Source: Thermodesulfovibrionales bacterium (GTDB lineage: Bacteria > Nitrospirota > Thermodesulfovibrionia > Thermodesulfovibrionales > SM23-35). Taken from it: DNA of 64,000 nt. How positions within the stretch are numbered: position 1 is the first letter of the stretch; each line of letters opens with the position of its first letter. Below, one piece after another: positions 43,542 to 53,275 of this stretch. Where the stretch lies: positions 320,001 to 384,000 of the forward strand of contig CAVQRT010000007.1 in NCBI GenBank assembly GCA_963715195.1, written 5' to 3'. The notes beneath the pieces were generated by a model. It saw nothing but the letters and a program-made list of their open reading frames with translations. It was not told where the DNA came from and did no database searches. A program made the position numbers and the translations under genes.

Positions 43542-45863
43542 ATGAATAGATATATGAACCGAAAACTGTTTATCAGCGTTGCACTGATTTCGATTCTTCT
43601 CGGTGTCTCCGCCGGAGGGTATGTTGCCTACAGTATGGGAATTCCATCCATCGAAGAGATCAAACAGTATAAACCGACAGGCGGCACAAAGATTTATGCC
43701 GACGACGATGTGATAATCGGAGAGCTCAAGGCAGAGAAAGGCACCTTTGTTCCTCTGAAGAATATTCCGGAATCCATAATCAATGCCGTTGTTGCAGTCG
43801 AAGATGCACGCTTCTGGAAACACAAGGGGATTGATTACCTCGCAATAGCGAGGGCCCTCTTCAAGGACATCATCCACGGGGAATTGCGGGAGGGCGGAAG
43901 CACCATAACGCAGCAACTCGCCAAGGTGGTTTTTCTGACGCCCGAAAAAACCCTTCAGAGAAAGATCAGGGAAGCCGCCCTTGCAATAAAGATAGAAAAG
44001 AACCTCGACAAGCGGGAGATTCTCGAATTATATCTCAACAAGATCTATTTCGGTCACGGTGCATACGGCGTCGAAATGGCATCGCGAATCTATTTCGGAA
44101 AGCCGGTACGGGACATTAAGCTGCCGGAGGCAGCTCTCATTACCGGTCTCATCAAGGCCCCCTCCCTGTATTCCCCCTTCAACGACCTTGGAAAAGCCAG
44201 AGAGCGGCAGTATATTGTGCTGTCCCGTATGGTAGAAGAAGGGTACCTGAAAAAGTCCGAAATGGAGCAAGCCCTCAAACAGCCTCTCTCTCTCTCGAGC
44301 ATGAGAAAAGGCATTGACGCGAATAACTACTTCATTGAATACGTCCGGAAATATCTTGAAGACAAATATGGTATCGAGAAGGTCTATAAAGGGAATCTCA
44401 GGGTTTACACTACCCTCGACAGAACTGCTCAGACTGCAGCTGCAAAGGCTGTGCAGGATGGGCTCAGAGCGCTCGATAAAAGAAGGGGCTGGCGTGGTCC
44501 GATCGACCACAAAAAAGACCTCGATATCGGGCAGGAGATGAAGACCAGTGAACTGTCCACCATTGTTGCTACAAACCCCGGCGATCTTTCCACCGGTCTT
44601 GTCCTGAAAGTAACCAATAAGGAAGCAATCGTTAAGGTAAGGGGAGTCATCGGAAAGCTTGCCCCCGAGGATGCACAATGGGCATCGAAAATTCTCGATC
44701 TGGACAGCGGAAAAAGCCGGGTGCTAAAAAAATTTATCCTTCCACAGATCCTGCAACCCGGCGACATCGTGAAAGTGAGTATCAAAAGCGTTCAGGGCAA
44801 TACTATCCGTCTTTCCCTGCAGCAGGAACCTCAAGCAGAGGCCGCTCTGGTCGCTCTTGATCAGGAGACCGGGTTCATCCGTGCAATGATCGGCGGGTAT
44901 GACTTTGTAAAAAGCGATTTTAACAGGGTACTCTATGCAAAACGCCAGCCGGGATCTGCCTTCAAACCGATCATCTATGCTGCTGCTCTGCAGAATGGAT
45001 ATACTCCGGCAAGCATCATTACTGATGAGCCAGTGACCTATACCGGAGGGGCGCAGGGCGACTGGTCTCCGGAAAATGCCGACAATAAATTTCATGGTCC
45101 GACAACACTCAGGGAGGCGTTGACTTATTCGAGAAATGTCGTTACAGTAAAGCTGGTTGATGCCGTAGGAATTGATAAGGTAGTGGATTTTGCCCGGACA
45201 ATAGGTATCCAGGGGGAATTGCCCAGAAATCTGACGCTGGCACTTGGATCTTTGAGTATCTCACCACTTGAGCTTGCACTCTGCTACAGCGTTTTTGCAA
45301 ACGGTGGCTTGAAAGTCAAGCCAATTGCCATTAAATATATCACAGATGCAAACGGCAGTGTCCTTGAAAGCAATGACCCCGAGGCGGAAGAAGTGATCAG
45401 CTCCACGACAGCGTTTCTGATCACTTCCCTGATGGAAAATGTTGTTCAGCATGGAACAGGATGGAGGGCAAAGGCCCTCGGCAGACCGGTTGCAGGCAAA
45501 ACAGGTACAACGAATGACTACAGAGACGCCTGGTTCGTCGGCTATACACCAAATCTGACCGCAGCGGTTTGGGTGGGTTTTGACGATACGAAACCGCTCG
45601 GAGCACTGGAAACAGGGGCACGCGCAGCGTCTCCTATTTGGGTATCGTTTATGCAAAATGCCCTGAGCGGTCCTCCCGAGGCATTTACCGTTCCCGAGGG
45701 AATCGTCATTCGTACCATTGATCCGGGAACAGGCCTTCTCGCGAGGGAAGAAGCTGACGGTGTGCGGGAATATTTCAAGGAAGGAACAGAGCCGGAACAG
45801 TATACGCCATCACCTTTCTTCCGCAGGATATGGGAACAGGATACAAATCTTAATTTTGATTAG
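43542..45863 (+). CDS. mrcA: Penicillin-binding protein 1A
   Basis: EDARF and GGSTITQQL (transglycosylase); SAFK, SRN and KTG (transpeptidase). Confidence 0.93.
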   Translation: MNRYMNRKLFISVALISILLGVSAGGYVAYSMGIPSIEEIKQYKPTGGTKIYADDDVIIGELKAEKGTFVPLKNIPESIINAVVAVEDARFWKHKGIDYLAIARALFKDIIHGELREGGSTITQQLAKVVFLTPEKTLQRKIREAALAIKIEKNLDKREILELYLNKIYFGHGAYGVEMASRIYFGKPVRDIKLPEAALITGLIKAPSLYSPFNDLGKARERQYIVLSRMVEEGYLKKSEMEQALKQPLSLSSMRKGIDANNYFIEYVRKYLEDKYGIEKVYKGNLRVYTTLDRTAQTAAAKAVQDGLRALDKRRGWRGPIDHKKDLDIGQEMKTSELSTIVATNPGDLSTGLVLKVTNKEAIVKVRGVIGKLAPEDAQWASKILDLDSGKSRVLKKFILPQILQPGDIVKVSIKSVQGNTIRLSLQQEPQAEAALVALDQETGFIRAMIGGYDFVKSDFNRVLYAKRQPGSAFKPIIYAAALQNGYTPASIITDEPVTYTGGAQGDWSPENADNKFHGPTTLREALTYSRNVVTVKLVDAVGIDKVVDFARTIGIQGELPRNLTLALGSLSISPLELALCYSVFANGGLKVKPIAIKYITDANGSVLESNDPEAEEVISSTTAFLITSLMENVVQHGTGWRAKALGRPVAGKTGTTNDYRDAWFVGYTPNLTAAVWVGFDDTKPLGALETGARAASPIWVSFMQNALSGPPEAFTVPEGIVIRTIDPGTGLLAREEADGVREYFKEGTEPEQYTPSPFFRRIWEQDTNLNFD

Positions 45864-45873
45864 GGGGTAAACA

Positions 45874-46179
45874 ATGGAAACGAAAAGACATATCTGGAAA
45901 ACAGCGGCAATCCTCGGTATTTTCATTCTCCTGCTCATACCTTCTCTTCTCTCAGCGCAGGAAAATTCCTATGATAAAGCCGTCCAAGCCTATATGAAAA
46001 AGGATTTCAAAACCGCTGTCAGAATTCTCAGGGAATACGGAAAGAAAAACCCTGATCCGTATGTATATTATCTGCTGGGGTATGCATTGTATAAGCAGAA
46101 AAAGCATGCTGAATCTGCAAAGTATTTTCAAGAGGCGTACGTTCTCGATCCGAACATTTCACCGGTTGTAATGAAATAG
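45874..46179 (+). CDS. Small secreted TPR protein
   Basis: Signal peptide; YYLLGYALY...EAYVLDP. Confidence 0.75.
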   Translation: METKRHIWKTAAILGIFILLLIPSLLSAQENSYDKAVQAYMKKDFKTAVRILREYGKKNPDPYVYYLLGYALYKQKKHAESAKYFQEAYVLDPNISPVVMK

Positions 46180-46202
46180 TGTATTGTCATAATGTCGCAG
46201 TT

Positions 46203-46485
46203 TGTTATTGTCCGGTTTGACCGGATAATCCAGTCTCTACAATAATCGTGCTTGAAAAACTGGATTCCCCGACCGAGAGGCAGTGTCGCAATGTCATTCT
46301 AAGGCCCAAGCCGAAGGATCTCGGTTTTATCGCACATTGATCTGATGAGATTCTTCACGGAGCCTGTCCTGAGCAAAAAGGCGAGATTCTTCGCTTCGTT
46401 CAGAATGACAGGATGCGAATGGTTCAGAATGATAAATTTACATTTCAAGGTAATTGCGGCACAGCTTCCGAGCAGGAGAACGACA
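46203..46485. repeat. Nested REP/MITE composite
   Basis: Outer TTGTCCGGTTTGACCGGATAATCCAG...CTGGATTCCCCGA palindrome interrupted by a segment with imperfect inverted ends and internal GTCATTCT/AGAATGAC repeats. Confidence 0.7.
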
Positions 46486-46539
46486 TAAGTATTTGAAGTT
46501 TTACATTATTTTATTGGCTTGATCAGGCAATTCGGAATA

Positions 46540-46568
46540 TTGACATTTCATTTGATGTTATGTAATAT
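46540..46568 (+). promoter_or_regulatory. Sigma70 promoter of atpB-atpE
   Basis: TTGACA-17 nt-TAATAT. Confidence 0.6.
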
Positions 46569-46597
46569 AACCAAACTTTTTCGATCAGGAGGCACAT

Positions 46598-47290
46598 ATG
46601 GAAGGTTTGCACGAAGTACTGTTGATGGATGCGTTTATCAATCCTGAAGTAATTCCCCATAATGTCAGCCATGCCTTTCTCGTCTCGGTTCTGCTGATTG
46701 TCGCAGCCTTGATAGTCAAGGGGTCGTTGCGTCTGGTGCCGAGAGGCTTCCAGAATTTTGTGGAGATGCTCACCGAACAGATTCTGAAGCTGGTTGACGA
46801 CACCATAGGACTTAAATGGAGCAGATCTCTGTTTCCTTTCATCTGTACGATATTCCTTTTTATACTCGTTGCGAATCTCATGGGCCTCATACCCGGCTTC
46901 ATGGCGGCAACTTCTAATGTGAACACCAATGCTGCAATGGCAGTACCGGTTTTTTTGATGTACAATTATTACGGTATAAAGGTCCATGGTGTCCATTATC
47001 TCAACCATTTTCTTGGCCCTATTCGTTCACTGGCTGGCCTCCCGCTCATGATCATGATGTTCTTTATAGAAATCATCGGTCATTTCGTCCGTCCGATTAC
47101 CCTGACCGTACGACTTTTCGGCAACATGACCGGGAAACACATCCTGCTGCTCGTTCTGGGTATTATCTCTCCTGCGATTATTCCTTCGGTCATTCTCGGT
47201 CTCGGCCTTCTGGTCAGCGTTGTTCAGGCACTTGTCTTTACCCTTTTAACCACATGTTATTTCGCCGGTGCCGTTGAAGAGGCACATTAA
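46598..47290 (+). CDS. atpB: ATP synthase F0 subunit a
   Basis: [21 protein letters not shown] and QALVFTLL. Confidence 0.95.
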   Translation: MEGLHEVLLMDAFINPEVIPHNVSHAFLVSVLLIVAALIVKGSLRLVPRGFQNFVEMLTEQILKLVDDTIGLKWSRSLFPFICTIFLFILVANLMGLIPGFMAATSNVNTNAAMAVPVFLMYNYYGIKVHGVHYLNHFLGPIRSLAGLPLMIMMFFIEIIGHFVRPITLTVRLFGNMTGKHILLLVLGIISPAIIPSVILGLGLLVSVVQALVFTLLTTCYFAGAVEEAH

Positions 47291-47322
47291 TTACCATATT
47301 TCAAGAAAGGAGGAAGGTAATA

Positions 47323-47679
47323 ATGAAGAAAACCATCACAACAATTCTTATCGCCCTCACCCTGATCGTTGTACTGGCACCTGTATGCTTTGCTGAAGAA
47401 GCAGCAGCCGCAGGAAAAAGCACCAACATTCTCTATTACGCTCTCGCTGCCCTCGGTTCCGCAATCGGAATGGGTCTTGCAGCACTCGGCACAGGTATCG
47501 GCATGGGTACCGGTTTAGGTGGCGCATGCGAAGGAGTGGCAAGGAATCCTGGTGCATCAGGTAAAATTACCACAACCCTCATCATCGGTCTCGCGATGAT
47601 CGAGTCCCTCGCAATTTACGCACTCGTCGTCGTCCTCATCCTCATCTTCGTGAACCCGTTCGGGAAACTCCTCCAGTAA
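47323..47679 (+). CDS. atpE: ATP synthase F0 subunit c with an N-terminal signal-like extension
   Basis: Glycine stripe, ARNP loop and IESLAIY. Confidence 0.95.
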   Translation: MKKTITTILIALTLIVVLAPVCFAEEAAAAGKSTNILYYALAALGSAIGMGLAALGTGIGMGTGLGGACEGVARNPGASGKITTTLIIGLAMIESLAIYALVVVLILIFVNPFGKLLQ

Positions 47680-47699
47680 GAGTGCACGTTAAAGATTAC

Positions 47700-47729
47700 A
47701 AAAAAGGGCAGGTACCCCCTGCCCTTTTT
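47700..47729. terminator. Bidirectional intrinsic terminator
   Basis: AAAAAGGGCAGG...CCTGCCCTTTTTT between convergent genes. Confidence 0.85.
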
Positions 47730-48271
47730 TATGTGATTTTCTCAAATTCTTTCTTAAAATACCCTGCCGTCTGATCATCAAAGACGCAGAATTCGATGAC
47801 TTCAAGGCTGGTTTCAGGGTATTCCTGTATATAATAGATTGATTCTTTGACGAGTATCATTGCACACCTGTCTTTCGGAAATCCGAAAATGCCTGAGCTT
47901 ATGGCAGGCATGGAGATGCTTCGAAGTCCCTTTTCTGAAGCAAGCTGAAGGCTGCTGCGCACTGTGCTCTTCAGTTTTTCATCCTCATCACCCTCCCCCA
48001 TCCTCGGGCCTACTGCGTGGATTACGAATCGCGCGCGAAGCTTTCCCGCCCCAGTAATTGCTGCATAGCCGACAGGTACGAACCCGATTTGATCGCTCTC
48101 CTCCTGAATGATCTGTCCGCCTTTTCTGACAATCGCACCTGCTACCCCGCCACCGTGCTGCAGACGGGAATTTGCTGCGTTCACGATACCCTCTGCGTCT
48201 CTGTCGGTAATGTCCCCCTGAACAAGTCGGAGGGTTGTCCTGCCGATTCGGTGTTCTGCGATAATATTCAT
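47729..48271 (-). CDS. Macrodomain protein (ADP-ribose processing)
   Basis: GDIT, IVNAAN, HGGGVAGAI, HAVGP and ISSGIFG. Confidence 0.92.
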   Translation of the reverse strand: MNIIAEHRIGRTTLRLVQGDITDRDAEGIVNAANSRLQHGGGVAGAIVRKGGQIIQEESDQIGFVPVGYAAITGAGKLRARFVIHAVGPRMGEGDEDEKLKSTVRSSLQLASEKGLRSISMPAISSGIFGFPKDRCAMILVKESIYYIQEYPETSLEVIEFCVFDDQTAGYFKKEFEKIT

Positions 48272-48346
48272 GATGACCTCCAAGTCCCCCTCGTCAATAT
48301 GACAATTCTATGATAAAATATTATAAAAACTCATGGAGGGATATAC

Positions 48347-49978
48347 ATACCAGCGCTCCACGGAAACATTTCAGGCCTTAAAGCAAGTTATCTGACTGCT
48401 CTCGAACGGATTTACCGGAGAAAGCTCCACCGCGAATTCATCAGCCCTGAGCTTGCCCGCTACCTTACCTCTCTCTCCCATGAAATAAACCGCCAGATCG
48501 GCATCCTTGTCAGCAGGTCGGGAAATATTACCCATGTGATTGTCGGAGATGCGAGGGGGATATTTATCCCTGCACTCGAAGATTATCCTTTGGGCAGAAA
48601 GGCTTTAAGAGGCTTGAGGCTTGTTCACACGCATCTTCAGGAAGAGCCTCTGACCCAGGATGACCTCACAGACCTTGCCCTGCTCAGATTCGATCTCATT
48701 GCGGCAATGGGGGTCAGACACGGCCTTCCCGGAAATATCTCTGTTGCCCATTTGACTCCTGCCGGCAATGAGCCGTTTGAAATCCTGCGTAATGAGAATT
48801 TCCATAATTTTGAATTTGATTTTCTCCCCTTTATAGAATCCCTTGAAGAAGAGATGGAGAGGATCAGGCACTTTAATCCTGACGACAGGAGGGAACGGGC
48901 CATCCTGGTCAGTGTTTCGAAACAGCCAAAATATGAGCAGCAGGATTCTGTCGCCGAATTGGATGAGCTCGCACGTTCGAGTGATCTGCTGGTCCTTGAC
49001 ACGGTAATCCAGAGGCCTAAGGAGATAAACCCGAGATATTTAATGGGAGAGGGGAAAATCAAGGATCTCATCATCAACGCACTGAGCAAAGGCGCAACTA
49101 TCCTGGTCTTTGACCAGGAATTAAGTCCTTCACAGATTAAGGCGATCAGTGAACTCACCGAATTGAAAGTCATTGACCGCTCCCAGCTCATTCTGGACAT
49201 TTTCGCGCGCCGCGCGCACAGCAGGGACGGTAAGGTTCAGGTTGAACTCGCGCAACTGAAATACCGCCTACCGCGCCTGACGGGAAAGGGGACCGCGATG
49301 TCCCGTCTTATGGGAGGTATCGGCGGAAGGGGGCCCGGAGAAATGAAGCTCGAGATTGACAGACGCCGCGTGAGGGAGAGGATCTCGCTCCTCGAAAGAG
49401 AACTCAGGTCTCTCGGTGAAGCGAGGAAACAGAGAAAACAGAAGAGGATCGAAACAGGCATCCCTATTGTATCGATCATCGGGTATACCAATGCGGGGAA
49501 ATCAACGCTCCTTAATTCCCTTACGAAGAGCTATGTGTTTGTTGAGGATAAACTGTTTGCAACGCTTGATACGGCGAGCCGGCGGTTGCGTTTTCCGCGG
49601 GAACGGGACGTCATTGTTACCGATACCGTCGGTTTCATACGGGACCTGCCGAAGGATCTTCTGACAGCATTCAAAGCAACGCTTGAGGAACTCGAAGATG
49701 CCGACCTGCTGGTGCATCTGATAGACGCCTCAAATCCGAGATTCGAACAGCAGACAGACTCCGTTGAGAATATTCTCAGGGATTTGCAGCTTCACGAAAA
49801 ACCGAGGGTCCTCGTGTTGAATAAAATAGACAGAATCAGTCGAGAAGAGACTTCAAACCTTGCCGTGCGGTACCATGCTGTCACTATATCCGCACGAGAC
49901 CCGTCAACGTTCGGGCCTCTTCTCAAGGCGATAGAGGAAAATATCTGGAGTGATAAACTTGTCGAAGCGGAGGTTTGA
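48347..49978 (+). CDS. hflX: GTPase HflX (long form), probable ATA start
   Basis: GYTNAGKS, LFATLD, DTVG and NKID; frame stays open upstream of 48536 with HGNISGLK, up to ATA 48347 behind GGAGG. Confidence 0.92.
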   Translation: MPALHGNISGLKASYLTALERIYRRKLHREFISPELARYLTSLSHEINRQIGILVSRSGNITHVIVGDARGIFIPALEDYPLGRKALRGLRLVHTHLQEEPLTQDDLTDLALLRFDLIAAMGVRHGLPGNISVAHLTPAGNEPFEILRNENFHNFEFDFLPFIESLEEEMERIRHFNPDDRRERAILVSVSKQPKYEQQDSVAELDELARSSDLLVLDTVIQRPKEINPRYLMGEGKIKDLIINALSKGATILVFDQELSPSQIKAISELTELKVIDRSQLILDIFARRAHSRDGKVQVELAQLKYRLPRLTGKGTAMSRLMGGIGGRGPGEMKLEIDRRRVRERISLLERELRSLGEARKQRKQKRIETGIPIVSIIGYTNAGKSTLLNSLTKSYVFVEDKLFATLDTASRRLRFPRERDVIVTDTVGFIRDLPKDLLTAFKATLEELEDADLLVHLIDASNPRFEQQTDSVENILRDLQLHEKPRVLVLNKIDRISREETSNLAVRYHAVTISARDPSTFGPLLKAIEENIWSDKLVEAEV

Positions 49979-51058
49979 TTGATTACAGAATTTACGCCGA
50001 AATGGATAGCGTGGGAAATAACGAGAAGGTGCAACCTGAGATGTGTTCACTGCCGTTCGTCTTCAGACACCGAGGCAAAGGCACATCCTGATTTCTCCAC
50101 AGAAGAAGCGTTCAGAATCATCGATGACATCAGCGGTTATGCACAACCGGTCATCGTACTCTCCGGTGGAGAGCCTCTTTTGAGAAATGACGTCTTCAAG
50201 ATTGCCCGCTACGGAACTGAGAAAGGTCTCAGGATGTGTCTTGCAACAAACGGTACGCTCGTGAGTGATGAGATATGTGAGAAGATCAGGGATTCCGGAA
50301 TCAGGATTGTTTCCCTCAGCCTCGATGGTTCAGAGGAGAAGGTGCATGATGACTTCAGAGGGCAGAACGGTGCCTTTGCAGGATCGCTCCGAGCAGCCGG
50401 ACTCTTTCGGAAACACGGCATCGAATTTATCATCAACTCTTCCTTTACGAAGAGAAATCAGGAGGAAATTCCAAAGGTATACGCGCTGGCAAAGAATCTT
50501 GGCGCCACAGCATGGTATATGTTCATGATTGTGCCGACCGGCAGGGGCGAGGAAATCATGAACGAGCTGATCACCAAGGAGGATTATGAGGAAATTCTCG
50601 ACTGGCATTATCATATGGAGAAAGACGAAAAAGATATTCTCGTCAGGCCTACCTGCGCACCTCATTATTACCGGATAGTCCTGCAGAAGTCGAAGGAAGA
50701 AGGTTCAAAATTTGAGAGGAGAACTTTGAAATTTTCCACTGGCGGCTCAAAGGGATGCATAGCCGGGCAGGTCATCGCGCTGATCGATGTGGACGGTAAC
50801 GTCCTCCCCTGCAGTTATTTTCCAAAACCCGCCGGGAACATACGGTCACAATCGTTCAGAGAGATATGGGAAAATTCAGAGCTGTTCAAAAATCTCCGGG
50901 ATTTCAAAAAATACAAGGGTAAATGTGGCTCATGCGAGTATGTGACCGTCTGCGGAGGTTGCCGTGCAAGAGCATATGCCGTCCACGGGGATTACCTCGA
51001 AGAAGAGCCATTCTGCGGATACAAACCGCGCAAACTAAAAAAAGTGGATAGCGGATAG
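49979..51058 (+). CDS. Radical SAM/SPASM heme biosynthesis protein (AhbD/NirJ-like)
   Basis: [29 protein letters not shown] and SPASM cysteines; directly upstream of hemE-hemH. Confidence 0.8.
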   Translation: MITEFTPKWIAWEITRRCNLRCVHCRSSSDTEAKAHPDFSTEEAFRIIDDISGYAQPVIVLSGGEPLLRNDVFKIARYGTEKGLRMCLATNGTLVSDEICEKIRDSGIRIVSLSLDGSEEKVHDDFRGQNGAFAGSLRAAGLFRKHGIEFIINSSFTKRNQEEIPKVYALAKNLGATAWYMFMIVPTGRGEEIMNELITKEDYEEILDWHYHMEKDEKDILVRPTCAPHYYRIVLQKSKEEGSKFERRTLKFSTGGSKGCIAGQVIALIDVDGNVLPCSYFPKPAGNIRSQSFREIWENSELFKNLRDFKKYKGKCGSCEYVTVCGGCRARAYAVHGDYLEEEPFCGYKPRKLKKVDSG

Positions 51059-51136
51059 GGATTATAGAATTAAACAAAGGAGTCCTATATACTACCTACG
51101 GTCTAGTATCTCATATCTTTTTAGGGGGTGGGTTTT

Positions 51137-52168
51137 ATGAACGATATATTTCTGAAAGCATGCCGTGGTGAAGAAGTTGATTACACCCCTGTCTGGCTCA
51201 TGCGTCAGGCAGGGAGATATCTCCCTGAGTATCAGTCCGTTCGGTCCACTATTGATTTTCTGTCACTCTGCAAAAGCCCGAAACTAGCCGCAGAGGTAAC
51301 ACTCCAGCCTGTCGATATTCTCGGTGTTGATGCAGCAATCCTTTTCTCCGATATCCTTATTCCCCTAGAAGCAATGGGAATGCATCTCGAATTTTCAGAC
51401 AAGGAAGGCCCTGTCCTCAGTGAACCAATACGGAACAAAACTTCTGTGGAAAAGCTGATTATTCCTGATGTGGAGGACGACCTGCCTTTTATTTTCGACA
51501 CCATCAGGATTCTTCGTATGGAACTGGAGCATAAAGTCCCTCTCATCGGATTTGCAGGCGCCCCGTTTACTCTGTCTACCTATATGATCGAAGGCGGAAC
51601 GTCAAAGAATTTCCTGCATACGAAAAAAATGATGTTCCAGAATAGTCAGGTCTTCCACTATCTCATGGAAAAAATAACCGACATGCTGATATCGTATCTT
51701 TCCTTCCAGGTAAGGGCGGGAGCACAGGCGATCCAGATCTTTGACTCATGGGCAGGAATTCTTGCGCCGGGTGACTACAAGAAATTTGCTTTCCCGTATG
51801 CCAAAAAAGTGATATCCGAAATAAAAAAGGAGCGGGTTCCGGTCATCTATTTTGTGAATGACTGTGCGGGCATCCTCAAGGAAGTTAAAAATTCCGGTGC
51901 AGATGTCATCAGTGTTGACTGGAGGGTTGACATCTCCGATGCGATCAAGAAACTCGGCAAGAAAGTGATCATTCAGGGGAACCTTGATCCATGTGCGCTC
52001 TTTCTCCCGAAAGAGAAACTTGAGGAAAGAGTCAAGGAAATCCTCTGGAAGGGTGAAACCGCAAAAGGTCATATCTTTAATCTTGGCCACGGTGTTCTTC
52101 CGCAGACGCCTGTTGAGAATGTAATCGCCATGGTTGAAGCCGTCCATACCTATGGAACAAAAAGTTGA
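51137..52168 (+). CDS. hemE: Uroporphyrinogen decarboxylase
   Basis: PVWLMRQAGRY, FSDIL and FNLGHG. Confidence 0.97.
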   Translation: MNDIFLKACRGEEVDYTPVWLMRQAGRYLPEYQSVRSTIDFLSLCKSPKLAAEVTLQPVDILGVDAAILFSDILIPLEAMGMHLEFSDKEGPVLSEPIRNKTSVEKLIIPDVEDDLPFIFDTIRILRMELEHKVPLIGFAGAPFTLSTYMIEGGTSKNFLHTKKMMFQNSQVFHYLMEKITDMLISYLSFQVRAGAQAIQIFDSWAGILAPGDYKKFAFPYAKKVISEIKKERVPVIYFVNDCAGILKEVKNSGADVISVDWRVDISDAIKKLGKKVIIQGNLDPCALFLPKEKLEERVKEILWKGETAKGHIFNLGHGVLPQTPVENVIAMVEAVHTYGTKS

Positions 52169-53172
52169 CCACGTCCCGAATAACGACAGGAGTTATCCTT
52201 CTCAATCTCGGCGGTCCCGATTCACTGCAGGCAGTAAGACCGTTTCTCTATAACCTTTTTTCGGACAGGCAGATCATACGGCTCGGACCTGAGTTCATGC
52301 AGAAACCCCTTGCATGGCTCATATCAACCCTCCGTTCAAAGAAGACCGAAAATATGTACAGCCAGATCGGGGGCAAGTCACCTATTCTTGATATTACAAA
52401 AGCTCAGGCAAAGGCGCTGGAAGAAGCATTAAATACACATGCCAATTCCCCTCATTCTTTCACCGTTTACATCGGCATGCGTTACTGGCGTCCTTTTACT
52501 GAAAAGGTTATAGCGCAAATCTCGAAGGATGGCATCAAAAAAATTGTCGGTCTGAGTCTTTATCCGCATTATTCCGTGACAACATCCGGCTCATCTCTCT
52601 CCAAGTTCAAAGAAGTCTCATCCGCTTATGACATGGAAATCCTTACTGTTGATTCATGGCACAATCACCCGTTATATATAGAGGCCCTCGTTGATGTCAT
52701 TAAAAAGGGATTTATGTCGTTTCATTCTTCTCCCTTAAGCCCTGAATCTTCATCCTTTGATCATATCCATGTCCTCTTCAGTGCGCATAGTCTCCCCCAG
52801 AAGATAATCGACCATGGTGATCCTTATGTTGATCAGACGCTGGGGACGATAAAGGAAATCGAGAAACTTCTCCCCGTCAAGTGGCATCTGAGCTATCAGT
52901 CAAAAAGCGGCCCGGTAAAATGGCTCGAGCCCTCCACGGAGGATAAGCTCGAAAAACTTGCGCGCGACGGCATACAGAATGTGCTGGTTGTCCCGATCAG
53001 TTTCGTCTCCGATCACATCGAAACCCTTTACGAGATCGATATTCTGTACAAGAACCTTGCCGAAAGACTCAATATCAATATGAAGAGAACGGAATCACTG
53101 AATACCCATCCGAAATTCATCGGGGCCTTACAAGACATTGTGCTGAAGTGTCTTAGAACTGAGGCGAAATAA
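52165..53172 (+). CDS. hemH: Ferrochelatase
   Basis: LNLGGP, FSAHSLP and SDHIETLYE; TTG start overlapping the hemE stop. Confidence 0.95.
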   Translation: MTTSRITTGVILLNLGGPDSLQAVRPFLYNLFSDRQIIRLGPEFMQKPLAWLISTLRSKKTENMYSQIGGKSPILDITKAQAKALEEALNTHANSPHSFTVYIGMRYWRPFTEKVIAQISKDGIKKIVGLSLYPHYSVTTSGSSLSKFKEVSSAYDMEILTVDSWHNHPLYIEALVDVIKKGFMSFHSSPLSPESSSFDHIHVLFSAHSLPQKIIDHGDPYVDQTLGTIKEIEKLLPVKWHLSYQSKSGPVKWLEPSTEDKLEKLARDGIQNVLVVPISFVSDHIETLYEIDILYKNLAERLNINMKRTESLNTHPKFIGALQDIVLKCLRTEAK

Positions 53173-53275
53173 ACCTATAGTATTACCTTGCTTTTTACCT
53201 GTAACATATGCTATTAATTACAAAATTTAACTTCTTACTTCAAAAATAAAGGATACTTTTCAAAAGATCACCATA

